From Comamonadaceae bacterium (GTDB taxonomy: Bacteria > Pseudomonadota > Gammaproteobacteria > Burkholderiales > Burkholderiaceae_C), in NCBI GenBank assembly GCA_947373245.1, contig CANBWY010000003.1, positions 1,093 through 65,092 on the forward strand: a stretch of 64,000 nt of DNA, written 5' to 3'. Shown here piece by piece: positions 20,932 through 30,087 of this stretch. Numbering within the stretch: the first letter of the stretch is position 1; each line of letters starts with the position of its first letter. The notes below the pieces were generated by a model. The model did no database searches and had not been told where the DNA came from. It saw nothing but the letters and a program-made list of their open reading frames with translations. Position numbers and translations under genes: made by a program.

Positions 20932-21591
20932 ATGAAACGTCGTGATTTTTCTTTGACCGCTGCTGGCGCCGCTGTTGTAGCGGCTTTGCCATTGGCCGTG
21001 CAAGCCCAAGGCCCTGCCCCTGCGAAGAAGCCTGTGGAGGGCGCAGACTATCTGTCGCTCGACAAACGCGTCCCCGCCGATGTAGGCGCAGGCAAGATTG
21101 AAGTGATTGAGTTCTTTTGGTACAACTGCCCACACTGCAACGCGTTTGAGCCGCAGTTCGCTGCTTGGAAGAAAGCCGCACCCAAAGACGTGGTGGTGCA
21201 ACGTGTGCCTGTGCACTTCCGCGACGACTTTGAACCGCAGCAACGTGCTTACTACGTGTTTGAAGCGCTCAACATGGTCGATGCCTTGCACGGCAAATTG
21301 TTCCAAGCCATCCACACCGAGCGTCAGCAACTCAACACAGCACAGGCCTTGGCTGCATGGGCCGATAAAAACGGCTTGCCAGAAAAGAAATTCATGGACA
21401 CCTACAACAGTTTTGGCGTCGCCGCCAAAGCGCGCCGCGCGACGCAATTGCAAGAAGCGTTCAAGGTGCAAGGCGTACCTGCTTTGGGAATCGCTGGGCG
21501 CTTTTACACCGATGGCTCGCTCACCCAAACCATGGGCCGCGCCTTGCAGGTTGCTGAATACCTGATTGAAGAAGTGCGTCGCGGCCGCTAA
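20932..21591 (+). CDS. dsbA: Thiol:disulfide interchange protein DsbA
   Basis: EFFWYNCPHC and VQGVP (cis-Pro); twin-Arg-like KRRDF N-terminus. Confidence 0.94.
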   Translation: MKRRDFSLTAAGAAVVAALPLAVQAQGPAPAKKPVEGADYLSLDKRVPADVGAGKIEVIEFFWYNCPHCNAFEPQFAAWKKAAPKDVVVQRVPVHFRDDFEPQQRAYYVFEALNMVDALHGKLFQAIHTERQQLNTAQALAAWADKNGLPEKKFMDTYNSFGVAAKARRATQLQEAFKVQGVPALGIAGRFYTDGSLTQTMGRALQVAEYLIEEVRRGR

Positions 21592-21680
21592 GCCGCTTTT
21601 CCCTGACGCCTTGAGTCAGCACGAAAATTGCTTTGGTTGATGGTTAGAATGCCATTAACTAAACCAGCAATATTCGTGCC

Positions 21681-22235
21681 TTGACTTCATTTGTTCCTTT
21701 CTCACTCGCAGCGCTGCTGGCTATCTTGCCCGTGGCAGCGTCGGCAGAAAAAGCTGACCGTGAGAAACCAACGAACATTGAAGCCGATAACTTGCTGCAT
21801 GACGAATTGAACCAAGTCAGCATTTTCTCGGGCAATGCGGTGTTGTCTCGGGGCACCATGGTGATGCGTGGCGCACGCATTGAAATGCACGAAGATGCCG
21901 ACGGCTATCAGTCTGGTGTCATCCTGCCCGAGCCCAAGCAACGCGCGTTCTTTCGCCAAAAGCGCGAAGGTCGTGACGAATTCATGGAAGGCGAGGCTTT
22001 GCGTATCGAGTTCGATGGCAAGGCCGATCGCGTCAAGCTGATAGACAACGCCGAAGTTCGCCGCTACCGTGGCGCCGTGTTGAACGACACGATGACAGGC
22101 AAACTCATCGTGTACGACAACCTCTCCGACGTGTTCAGCATTGATGGCCAGCGCAACGAGCCGGGCGGCAAAGCCAGCGACGGGCGGGTGCGTGCCGTGT
22201 TGGCGCCGCGCAGCAAAATATTGGAAAAGCCGTGA
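21681..22235 (+). CDS. lptA: LPS transport periplasmic protein LptA
   Basis: AEKADREKPTNIEAD, F.GNAVL.RGT, GRVRAVLAPR; precedes lptB. Confidence 0.92.
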   Translation: MTSFVPFSLAALLAILPVAASAEKADREKPTNIEADNLLHDELNQVSIFSGNAVLSRGTMVMRGARIEMHEDADGYQSGVILPEPKQRAFFRQKREGRDEFMEGEALRIEFDGKADRVKLIDNAEVRRYRGAVLNDTMTGKLIVYDNLSDVFSIDGQRNEPGGKASDGRVRAVLAPRSKILEKP

Positions 22236-23014
22236 TCGAAACGCATGCCTCCGCACAACCGCTGGCGACGGCCGAAAGCCGTTTGGAAGCGCGTCACTTG
22301 CAAAAAGCCTATGGCAGCCGCAAGGTGGTGCACGATGTGTCGATCTCGGTGAAGAAGGGTGAGGTTGTTGGACTGCTCGGCCCCAACGGTGCGGGCAAGA
22401 CCACCTCGTTTTACATGATCGTGGGCTTGGTGCGGGCCGATGGCGGCAGCATCACCATCGACGGCCAGCCCGTGGCGCATTTGCCGATTCATCGCCGTTC
22501 GCGTTTGGGTTTGAGCTATTTGCCGCAAGAGGCCTCGATTTTTCGCAAGCTGAATGTGGAAGACAACGTGCGCGCTGTGTTGGAGTTGCAGCGTGACGAA
22601 GATGGCAAACCGCTCAAACATGATGACATCGAAACGCGCTTGACCTCCTTGTTGCAAGAGTTGCGCGTGGACCACTTGCGTGCCTCGCCCTCTGTGGCGC
22701 TGTCGGGCGGTGAGCGTCGCCGTGTCGAGATTGCACGCGCCTTGGCCACCAACCCGCGCTTCATCTTGTTGGACGAGCCGTTCGCGGGCATTGACCCGAT
22801 TGCGGTGATTGAGATTCAACGCATCATTGGATTTTTGAAAGCGCGCGGCATGGGCGTGCTGATCACCGACCACAACGTGCGCGAGACGCTGGGCATTTGC
22901 GACCACGCCTGCATCATCAGCGATGGGCGCGTGTTGGCGCAGGGCACACCCACAGAGATCATCGAGAACGCGGATGTCCGCCGCGTCTACCTCGGCGAAC
23001 ACTTCCGAATGTGA
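22232..23014 (+). CDS. lptB: LPS export ABC transporter ATPase LptB
   Basis: GLLGPNGAGKTT, YLPQEASIFRKL, LSGGERRRVEIARAL, YLGEHF. Confidence 0.96.
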   Translation: MIETHASAQPLATAESRLEARHLQKAYGSRKVVHDVSISVKKGEVVGLLGPNGAGKTTSFYMIVGLVRADGGSITIDGQPVAHLPIHRRSRLGLSYLPQEASIFRKLNVEDNVRAVLELQRDEDGKPLKHDDIETRLTSLLQELRVDHLRASPSVALSGGERRRVEIARALATNPRFILLDEPFAGIDPIAVIEIQRIIGFLKARGMGVLITDHNVRETLGICDHACIISDGRVLAQGTPTEIIENADVRRVYLGEHFRM

Positions 23015-23018
23015 TGTC

Positions 23019-24590
23019 ATGAAACAAGGCTTATCACTTCGCGTTTCCCAACATCTGGCGCTCACGCCCCAGTTGCAGCAGTCGATTCGACTGTTGCAGT
23101 TGTCCACGTTGGAGCTGAGCCAAGAGATTGAGCAAATGCTCGACGAAAACCCGTTTCTCGACAAAGACTTTGAAGAAGCGCCGCGCGAAGAGTTTGGCCT
23201 TGACAAAGCCGATGCGCCCACGCGCGATGAAGAGCTAGAGCCTGTGCGCGAAGTGCCATCGATGGACGGCGGCATGTCTGAAATCACGGTGGACAACACC
23301 GCCAGTGACACCGAGCCCAGCGTGGACGGTGTGGCCGAGAGCTGGGACGGCGACGGCAGCGTGGAGTTTTCTGCCGACGACTCCGAATGGGGCGGCGACG
23401 CACCCGCCAGTAATAACAACAACACCGCCGACAGTGACACGGCAGACGCCACCGAGCTGGCGCGCATGCAAGAGTCGCTCACCTCGTTCCTGCATCGCCA
23501 AGCGCTGTCCTTGCGCATGAGCGAGACCGACACTGCCGCGCTGCGCTACCTGATTGAAAACCTCAACGACGACGGCTACCTCGAAGACACGCTGCGCAGT
23601 TTGGCCGAAGGCCTGGGCGGCGATGACGAAGAGCAAATCGAAGAACTCGAGCACCGTTTCCAAGTGGCCTTGTCGCTCCTGCAAAGCCTGGAGCCTGTGG
23701 GCGTGGGCGCGCGTCATTTGGCCGAATGCCTGACGCTGCAACTCAAAGGCTTGACGCCCAAAGGCGAAGAGGCCTTGCAAGTGCGTGACACGGCCATTCA
23801 GATGTGCAAGCAGCCCATGGAGATGCTGGCCAAGCGCGATTTCAAACGTCTCGCCGTCTTGGTGGGGGACAGCGAAGCCAATGTGAAAGTGGCGATTGCG
23901 CTGATTGCGCGTTTAGAGCCCAAGCCCGGCCGCCGCTTTGCCGATGTGGAGCGCCATGTGGTGGTGCCCGACGTGTTGGTGACGCGGGTGGGCAAATCCA
24001 CCACCGCACCCAAATTCAAGGTGACGCTGAACGCGGATGTGATGCCCCGTTTGCGCGTGCACGACATTTATGCCAATGCCCTCAAAGGCGGCAAGGGCAA
24101 CAACCACGCCGGCTTGCAACAACGCTTGCAAGAAGCGCGCTGGTTCATCAAGAACATTCAGCAACGCTTTGACACGATTTTGCGTGTGAGCAACGCCATC
24201 GCTGAGCGCCAGAAAAACTTTTTCATCCACGGCGAACTCGCCATGCGCCCCATGGTGCTGCGCGAGATTGCCGAGGAGCTGGGTCTGCACGAGTCCACCA
24301 TCAGCCGCGTGACCACCAACAAGTACATGAGCACGCCTTTTGGCACCTTTGAGCTCAAGTACTTCTTCGGCTCAGGCTTAGAGACAGAGAGCGGCAACAA
24401 CGCCTCCAGTACGGCGGTGCGCGCGCTCATCAAGCAGTTTGTGGCCAGCGAGAGTCCCAAAAAACCACTGTCGGATAATCAGCTGTCCGAAATGCTCAAA
24501 GAGCAAGGCATCGAGTGCGCACGCCGCACCGTGGCCAAATACCGTGAGGCGCTGCGTATTGCGCCCACGACACTGCGCAAAGCGCTTTAA
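23019..24590 (+). CDS. rpoN: RNA polymerase sigma-54 factor
   Basis: LTPQLQQSIRLLQLS, LHESTISRVT, RpoN box ARRTVAKYRE. Confidence 0.97.
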   Translation: MKQGLSLRVSQHLALTPQLQQSIRLLQLSTLELSQEIEQMLDENPFLDKDFEEAPREEFGLDKADAPTRDEELEPVREVPSMDGGMSEITVDNTASDTEPSVDGVAESWDGDGSVEFSADDSEWGGDAPASNNNNTADSDTADATELARMQESLTSFLHRQALSLRMSETDTAALRYLIENLNDDGYLEDTLRSLAEGLGGDDEEQIEELEHRFQVALSLLQSLEPVGVGARHLAECLTLQLKGLTPKGEEALQVRDTAIQMCKQPMEMLAKRDFKRLAVLVGDSEANVKVAIALIARLEPKPGRRFADVERHVVVPDVLVTRVGKSTTAPKFKVTLNADVMPRLRVHDIYANALKGGKGNNHAGLQQRLQEARWFIKNIQQRFDTILRVSNAIAERQKNFFIHGELAMRPMVLREIAEELGLHESTISRVTTNKYMSTPFGTFELKYFFGSGLETESGNNASSTAVRALIKQFVASESPKKPLSDNQLSEMLKEQGIECARRTVAKYREALRIAPTTLRKAL

Positions 24591-24598
24591 AGAAATCT

Positions 24599-26017
24599 AT
24601 GAACCAGTTACATCTCTTCTTGCCCTGTGCGGCAGGCGTCGAATCCTATTTGGCTGAGGAAGTGCGTCGCATCACCGGTGTGGGCGATGAGGACATTCGC
24701 GCTTTCCGTGCCGGTGTGATGGTGCGCACCTCGTGGCGCGACGTGTTGCAACTCAACCTGCACAGCCGTCTGGCGCAACGCGTGTTGGTGGAGCTGTCGC
24801 ACACGCAGTACCGCCAAGAGGAAGACCTCTACCGCGCTGCGGGTGACGTGGCGTGGGAGCTGTGGTTCTCGCCCAAGGAAACTTTCAAGATCGAAATCAC
24901 CGCGCAGCACAGCCCCTTGAAGAGCTTGAACTTTGCGGCACTCAAAATCAAAGACGCTGTGGCTGACCGCTTCCGCCACAAGTTTGGCGTGCGCCCCGAT
25001 GTGAACACCCAGTGGCCCGATGCGCGCATCTACGCCCACTTGACCACCGAGAACTGCACGCTCTACATCGACACCTCGGGTGAGCCCCTGTTCAAGCGCG
25101 GCTGGCGCGCCGACAAAGGCGATGCGCCTTTGAAAGAAACCCTCGCCGCCGCCATGTTGGCCGCGAGTGGCTGGAGCCAAGGCGACGGCACTGCGGCCAA
25201 CCCCGAAGGCCTGATGGCCCAAGGCGTGCCCTTGTATGACCCGTGTTGCGGGAGCGGCACCATTGCGATTGAAGCCGCACAAATCGCCTGCAACATCGCG
25301 CCGGGCTCGATGCGTAAATTTGGCTTCCAAAAACTCATTCCCTACCAAGAGCATGTGTGGCACGGTTTGGTCGACAACGCCCGCGCCAAAGAGTGCGAGC
25401 CTCGTGCGCCAATTTACGGCAGTGACGTGGCCTTTCGCATGGTCGACTTTGCGCAACGCAACGCCGAGCGTGCAGGTGTGGCCCACGCCGTGCAACTGCG
25501 CGGTGGTGATGCCCTGCAACGCATGCCGCCCAGCGACGTGCCGGGTGTGATGTTGGTCAACCCACCGTATGGTGAACGTATCGAAGCGGCCGGTATTGCG
25601 GGTGCCGCGCGCCGTGCGCGTTACGCACCGCCGACGGAATATGTGTCGCCCTACGAAGATGTCAATCAAAACGGTGATGCTGGTTTTGACGATGCCGCAT
25701 TCGACGGCGCAGGCATGGTGCGGGACGACGTGCCACGCTTTGGCGCCCGTGACATCGCACAAACTGAAGACGGCGGCGACTTCTTTGCCCAGCTGGCCAG
25801 CCATTGGAAGAAAAACTACGCCGGCTGGACCGCTTGGATGTTGACGCCCGACCTCAAGCTGCCCAGTCGCATGCGCTTCAAAGAATCGCGCCGCGTGCCC
25901 ATGTGGAACGGCCCCATCGAGTGCCGCATGTTCCGTTTTGATTTGCGTGCAGGCTCGATGCGCAACAAGCCCAACGATGCTCAGCCCACAGAGGGCAACG
26001 AGCCAGCGCAACCGTGA
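24599..26017 (+). CDS. THUMP-domain 23S rRNA methyltransferase (RlmL-like)
   Basis: LFKRGWR..APLKETLAAAML, DPCCGSGTI, NPPYGER. Confidence 0.9.
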   Translation: MNQLHLFLPCAAGVESYLAEEVRRITGVGDEDIRAFRAGVMVRTSWRDVLQLNLHSRLAQRVLVELSHTQYRQEEDLYRAAGDVAWELWFSPKETFKIEITAQHSPLKSLNFAALKIKDAVADRFRHKFGVRPDVNTQWPDARIYAHLTTENCTLYIDTSGEPLFKRGWRADKGDAPLKETLAAAMLAASGWSQGDGTAANPEGLMAQGVPLYDPCCGSGTIAIEAAQIACNIAPGSMRKFGFQKLIPYQEHVWHGLVDNARAKECEPRAPIYGSDVAFRMVDFAQRNAERAGVAHAVQLRGGDALQRMPPSDVPGVMLVNPPYGERIEAAGIAGAARRARYAPPTEYVSPYEDVNQNGDAGFDDAAFDGAGMVRDDVPRFGARDIAQTEDGGDFFAQLASHWKKNYAGWTAWMLTPDLKLPSRMRFKESRRVPMWNGPIECRMFRFDLRAGSMRNKPNDAQPTEGNEPAQP

Positions 26018-26448
26018 CCGCATTGCCTGTGCGCGTGGTGCTCGATACCAACATCGTGCTTGACCTCTGGCTCTACAAAGACCCCGCCACGCCTGCGTTG
26101 CAAGAGGCGTTGACGACTAAAACCGTGCAATGGTTGGCCACGCAAGTCATGCGTGACGAACTAGAGCGCGTATTGGCCTACACGCACATCGTCAAGCGTT
26201 TGGCGTTTAGCCAGCTCACCGCGCAAGTCATCTTGGCGCAGTTTGATGCGCATGCGCAGCTCTTGCCCATCGCGGCCAAAGCCTTGTTCATCTGCAAAGA
26301 CGGGGACGACCAAAAGTTCATCGACCTCGCTGCCGAACACAAGACCCAACTCATCAGCAAAGACAAAGCGGTGCTGACCATGCGTAACCGCATGGCGCGG
26401 TTGGGCGTGGCCGTTGGGAAGTCTTTTCCAGCAAACTTGCCGGGTTGA
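26014..26448 (+). CDS. PIN-domain protein (PIN_3 type)
   Basis: VVLDTNIVLD, CKDGDDQKFIDLA, LISKDKAVL. Confidence 0.85.
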   Translation: MTALPVRVVLDTNIVLDLWLYKDPATPALQEALTTKTVQWLATQVMRDELERVLAYTHIVKRLAFSQLTAQVILAQFDAHAQLLPIAAKALFICKDGDDQKFIDLAAEHKTQLISKDKAVLTMRNRMARLGVAVGKSFPANLPG

Positions 26449-26478
26449 TGTGCAGCTGCCTTGACGGCGCTGCAAAGC

Positions 26479-26994
26479 TCAGTGCCGCTGCAGCAAGTCG
26501 CGCAGCGTTTTTAAGGCGTGTTGCACTGTGGCCTCGCGCACTGCCGCGCGGTCACCCGCAAAGTGCATCAACTCTGTTTTGACCCACGCGGCTTCAGCGT
26601 CTAGGGTAGGGCCTGCGTCGCTTGGCAAGCCCCAAGCAAGCCACACCATGCCCACGGGCTTATCAGCTGTGCCACCGGTCGGGCCCGCCACCCCCGTGAC
26701 GGCGATCGACACTTGTGCGCGTGAGTGGCGCAGCGCGCCCAAAGCCATGGCTTGGACCACCGCTTCGCTGACGGCACCGTGCTCGGCGATGAGGGCAGAG
26801 TCCACGCCCAGCATCTCGTGCTTGGCTTCGTTCGAGTAGGTGACGAAGCCGCGTTCAAACCAGTTGCTAGAGCCTGAGAGGTCGGTGCAGCGGCTGGCCA
26901 TCATGCCGCCTGTGCAGCTCTCGGCGGTGGCCAGCATCCAGCCGTGTTGCAGCAAGGCTTCGGCGAGTTGTTCTGTCAAGGTGTGTGAACTCAT
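26479..26994 (-). CDS. pncC: CinA C-terminal / NMN deamidase PncC
   Basis: ATAESCTGG, GFVTYSNEAK, HGAVS, TGVAGP. Confidence 0.9.
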   Translation of the reverse strand: MSSHTLTEQLAEALLQHGWMLATAESCTGGMMASRCTDLSGSSNWFERGFVTYSNEAKHEMLGVDSALIAEHGAVSEAVVQAMALGALRHSRAQVSIAVTGVAGPTGGTADKPVGMVWLAWGLPSDAGPTLDAEAAWVKTELMHFAGDRAAVREATVQHALKTLRDLLQRH

Positions 26995-27479
26995 AGTGAC
27001 CTCCAAATGGCGATGACCAACAGCGTGCAACCCGCCGCCACCAAGTCATCAAAGATGATGCCCCAGCCGCCGCGCCAACCGAAGCCTTTGAACAAGCTGT
27101 CGGCCCAGCGCACGGGTCCGGGCTTGGCTGCATCAAAGTAGCGGAACAAGATGAATGCGCCCAGTTGGCCCCCAAACGTGGTGGGGGTGATCAGCCAAAG
27201 AATCAACCAAAACGCGATCACCTCGTCCCACACAATCGCACCCGGATCCGCCACACCCATGTGTTGGGCGGTGACGGTGCAAGCCCACCAGCCGACCAGC
27301 GTGGATACGGCAATCAACACCCCTATTTGTAACGGCGTGAGCCAAACTTGCAAGAGCAAAAACACCGCCCATGCCCACAGCGTGCCGGCGGTGCCCGGCG
27401 CCAAACGCGACAGGCCAGAGCCGGCGCCTAGCGCGATGAAGTGGGCGGGGTGAGACAGTAAGAAGCGGCGGTTCAGCAT
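26991..27479 (-). CDS. pgpA: Phosphatidylglycerophosphatase A
   Basis: APGTAGT, DPGAIVWDE, FRYFDAAKP, GIIFDDLVA. Confidence 0.94.
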   Translation of the reverse strand: MLNRRFLLSHPAHFIALGAGSGLSRLAPGTAGTLWAWAVFLLLQVWLTPLQIGVLIAVSTLVGWWACTVTAQHMGVADPGAIVWDEVIAFWLILWLITPTTFGGQLGAFILFRYFDAAKPGPVRWADSLFKGFGWRGGWGIIFDDLVAAGCTLLVIAIWRSL

Positions 27480-27489
27480 GTGTCGAACT

Positions 27490-28479
27490 TCAAGCAAAGT
27501 GATCAAACGACGCAAAACGTTTGGCAATGGGCTGACCTTGTGGGTCCAGCACCACCAAGCCTTGTTCTTGCGTGATGCGGCCAATGCGCGTGACGGGTGT
27601 GTCGGTTTCCCACGCGGCGGCGTGCACCAGTTCACGTTGGTTGACGGGGGCGGTGAAGCACAGCTCGTAGTCATCGCCACCGGAGAGGGCGAACTCTAAG
27701 CGCTTGTTCCACGGCAACTCGGCCAGCACAGGTGTGATGCCTGCGTGCAAATGCGCTTCGCCAAAGCTACCTGCGGCTTGCAGCCAGGCGGTGTCAATCT
27801 GCGCGCCCACGCCGGAGCGTTTCAGGATGTGGCCTAAGTCGCCCAGCAAACCATCGCTCACGTCAATCGCGGCGTTGGCCACGGCGCGCAGTGCGCTGCC
27901 CAACGCCACGCGAGGTGTGGGTTGCTCCATGCGCAAGCGCGTTTGCTCGAACGCCTCGCCCGATAAGGACTGTGTGCCGCGAAACACTTCTAGTGCCAAG
28001 CGCGCATCGCCCACGGTGCCGCTGATGTAGATGTCGTCGCCCACTTGCGCGTTTTGGCGCAGCAGCGCATCGCCCGGTGGGACTTCGCCAAACACGGTGA
28101 TGCAAATGTTCAGAGGGCCTTGCGTGGTGTCACCGCCCACCAGCTCGCAGCCGTGGTCATCCGCCAAACGCAGCAGGCCGCTAGAGAACCCGGCCAACCA
28201 TGCTTCGTCGATGCGGGGTAAGGACAGCGCCAAGGTGAAGGCCAGCGGTACAGCGCCCACGGCAGCCAAGTCGCTGAGGTTCACAGCCAAGGCTTTGTGG
28301 CCCAAACGGCTGGGGTCCACCGTGCTTAAGAAATGGCGGCCTTCCACCAACATGTCACTGGACACGGCCAATTGCATGCCGCGTGTTGGGTTGAGCAGGG
28401 CGCAGTCGTCACCGACGCCCAGTGCGGCTTTGTGCGTAGGGCGCTTGAAGTAGCGCTCAATCAGATCGAATTCGCCCAT
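27490..28479 (-). CDS. thiL: Thiamine-monophosphate kinase
   Basis: MGEFDLI, GVGDDCA, AVNLSDLAA, GGDTT, DVSDGL, GGDDYEL. Confidence 0.96.
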   Translation of the reverse strand: MGEFDLIERYFKRPTHKAALGVGDDCALLNPTRGMQLAVSSDMLVEGRHFLSTVDPSRLGHKALAVNLSDLAAVGAVPLAFTLALSLPRIDEAWLAGFSSGLLRLADDHGCELVGGDTTQGPLNICITVFGEVPPGDALLRQNAQVGDDIYISGTVGDARLALEVFRGTQSLSGEAFEQTRLRMEQPTPRVALGSALRAVANAAIDVSDGLLGDLGHILKRSGVGAQIDTAWLQAAGSFGEAHLHAGITPVLAELPWNKRLEFALSGGDDYELCFTAPVNQRELVHAAAWETDTPVTRIGRITQEQGLVVLDPQGQPIAKRFASFDHFA

Positions 28480-28497
28480 GTCTTGGTCTCGTTCGCC

Positions 28498-28890
28498 TCA
28501 GTGCAAGTTGCGTTTGCCTGGCACGTCGCTCAAGGCGTCGAGCACAAACATCGGGATATCCACATCAAATTTTTCACCGTCTTCAGCCACGCAAAAGTAG
28601 CTGCCGTGCATGGTGCCTGTGGGCGTGCGCAGGCGTGTGCCGCTGGTGTATTCAAACTGTTCGCCGGGTTTGAGCAGCGGCTGATGCCCCACCACGCCGA
28701 GGCCTTTGATTTTTTCGTGCATGCCATCGGAATCGTTCACATTCCATGTGCGTGAGATGAGCTGTGCGGCCACCTGTCCCACGTTGGTGATGGTGATGGT
28801 GTAAGCGAACGTGTACAAGCCGCCATTGGGGTCTGATTGCTCAGACAGGTATTGCGGGTGAACTTCGACTTGGAATTTATAGCGTGGCAT
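28498..28890 (-). CDS. apaG: ApaG protein
   Basis: FAYTITITN, QLISRTW, GLGVVGHQP, FEYTSG, GTMHGSY. Confidence 0.95.
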   Translation of the reverse strand: MPRYKFQVEVHPQYLSEQSDPNGGLYTFAYTITITNVGQVAAQLISRTWNVNDSDGMHEKIKGLGVVGHQPLLKPGEQFEYTSGTRLRTPTGTMHGSYFCVAEDGEKFDVDIPMFVLDALSDVPGKRNLH

Positions 28891-28922
28891 GGGGTGATTT
28901 TGGATGAAATAATCACCCCATG
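28888..28922. promoter_or_regulatory. Perfect 12-bp inverted repeat spanning the apaG and rpe start codons (putative bidirectional leaderless promoter)
   Basis: CATGGGGTGATT-N11-AATCACCCCATG; each ATG is preceded by a -10-like hexamer and CACCCC. Confidence 0.55.
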
Positions 28923-29609
28923 ACCAGCCCACATCCAAAATTCAACATCGCCCCCTCCATCTTGTCTGCCGATTTCGCCCGCTTGGGTGACGAGGTGAAA
29001 GACGTCATCGCCGCTGGCGCTGATTGGATTCACTTTGACGTGATGGACAACCACTATGTGCCCAACCTCACGTTCGGCCCCATGATTTGCCAAGCTTTGA
29101 AACCACACGCCAAAACGCCAGCGGGCGTGGCCGTGCCGATTGATGTGCATTTGATGATTTCGCCCGTCGACAACTTGGCCGCTGCATTTGCCGATGCGGG
29201 CGCAGACTACATCAGCTTTCACCCAGACGCGAGCGCCCATGTGCACCGCAGCATTCAAGCCATCACCAACAAGGGCGTCAAAGCCGGCTTGGTGTTCAAC
29301 CCCGCCGAACCGCTGGACGTGTTGAACTGGACGATTGACGAGATTGACCTCATCCTCATCATGAGTGTCAACCCCGGCTTTGGCGGCCAAAGCTTCATCG
29401 ACTCTGCGTTGCGCAAAGTCGAGCAAGCCCGCAAGTTGATCGAGGCCAGCGGTCGCAACATTCGCTTGGAAGTCGATGGCGGCATCAAGCCCGACAACAT
29501 CCGCCGCGTGGCCGATGCAGGCGCAGACACCTTCGTAGCAGGCAGCGCGATTTTTGGCAAGCCCGACTACAAAGCGGTGATCGACCAAATGCGCGTGGCT
29601 TTGGCTTAA
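28920..29609 (+). CDS. rpe: Ribulose-phosphate 3-epimerase
   Basis: [44 protein letters not shown]. Confidence 0.97.
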   Translation: MTSPHPKFNIAPSILSADFARLGDEVKDVIAAGADWIHFDVMDNHYVPNLTFGPMICQALKPHAKTPAGVAVPIDVHLMISPVDNLAAAFADAGADYISFHPDASAHVHRSIQAITNKGVKAGLVFNPAEPLDVLNWTIDEIDLILIMSVNPGFGGQSFIDSALRKVEQARKLIEASGRNIRLEVDGGIKPDNIRRVADAGADTFVAGSAIFGKPDYKAVIDQMRVALA

Positions 29610-29640
29610 TGGGCTAGTCTTCGACAACGTTTCACGCTGC

Positions 29641-30054
29641 ATGGCTGACCCCGCCGCCACCACGCCCTCGCGTTTGAGCCGTCTCAAAACTTGGGCCCGT
29701 GGCATCAAGCGCGATGTGGTGACGGTGTACTTTGCCGCGCGCGATCCACAAGCGCCCTTGGGGGTGCGCATCTTGGCTTGGGCCGTGGCAGCCTACGCCC
29801 TCAGCCCGATTGATTTGATTCCTGACTTCATTCCGGTTCTAGGTTACTTGGATGACTTACTCATCGTGCCCCTTGGGCTGTGGCTGGTGATGCGTTTAAT
29901 GCCCGACGAAGTGTTGGCCAATGCGCGCATCAAAGCCGATGCTTTGCTGGCCAAGCCGCGTAGCTTATTCGCTGCTGTGTGCTTTGTGTTGATTTGGATT
30001 TTCCTAGGGTTTTACCTAGCGAGGCGATGGCTGGGCGCGGGATTTATTCCCTAG
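29641..30054 (+). CDS. YkvA/DUF1232 membrane protein
   Basis: YALSPIDLIPDFIPVLGYLDD. Confidence 0.9.
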   Translation: MADPAATTPSRLSRLKTWARGIKRDVVTVYFAARDPQAPLGVRILAWAVAAYALSPIDLIPDFIPVLGYLDDLLIVPLGLWLVMRLMPDEVLANARIKADALLAKPRSLFAAVCFVLIWIFLGFYLARRWLGAGFIP

Positions 30055-30087
30055 TTTCTTCAAGCTGAACCGTCTAAATTCGTTCGG

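Noticed and set aside
26014-26448. Complete toxin-antitoxin module
   Set aside because: No antitoxin-sized ORF is adjacent to the PIN gene.
29600-29645. att site or direct repeat at the island edges
   Set aside because: Only a trivial TGCATG match between the two ends; no integrase or tRNA.
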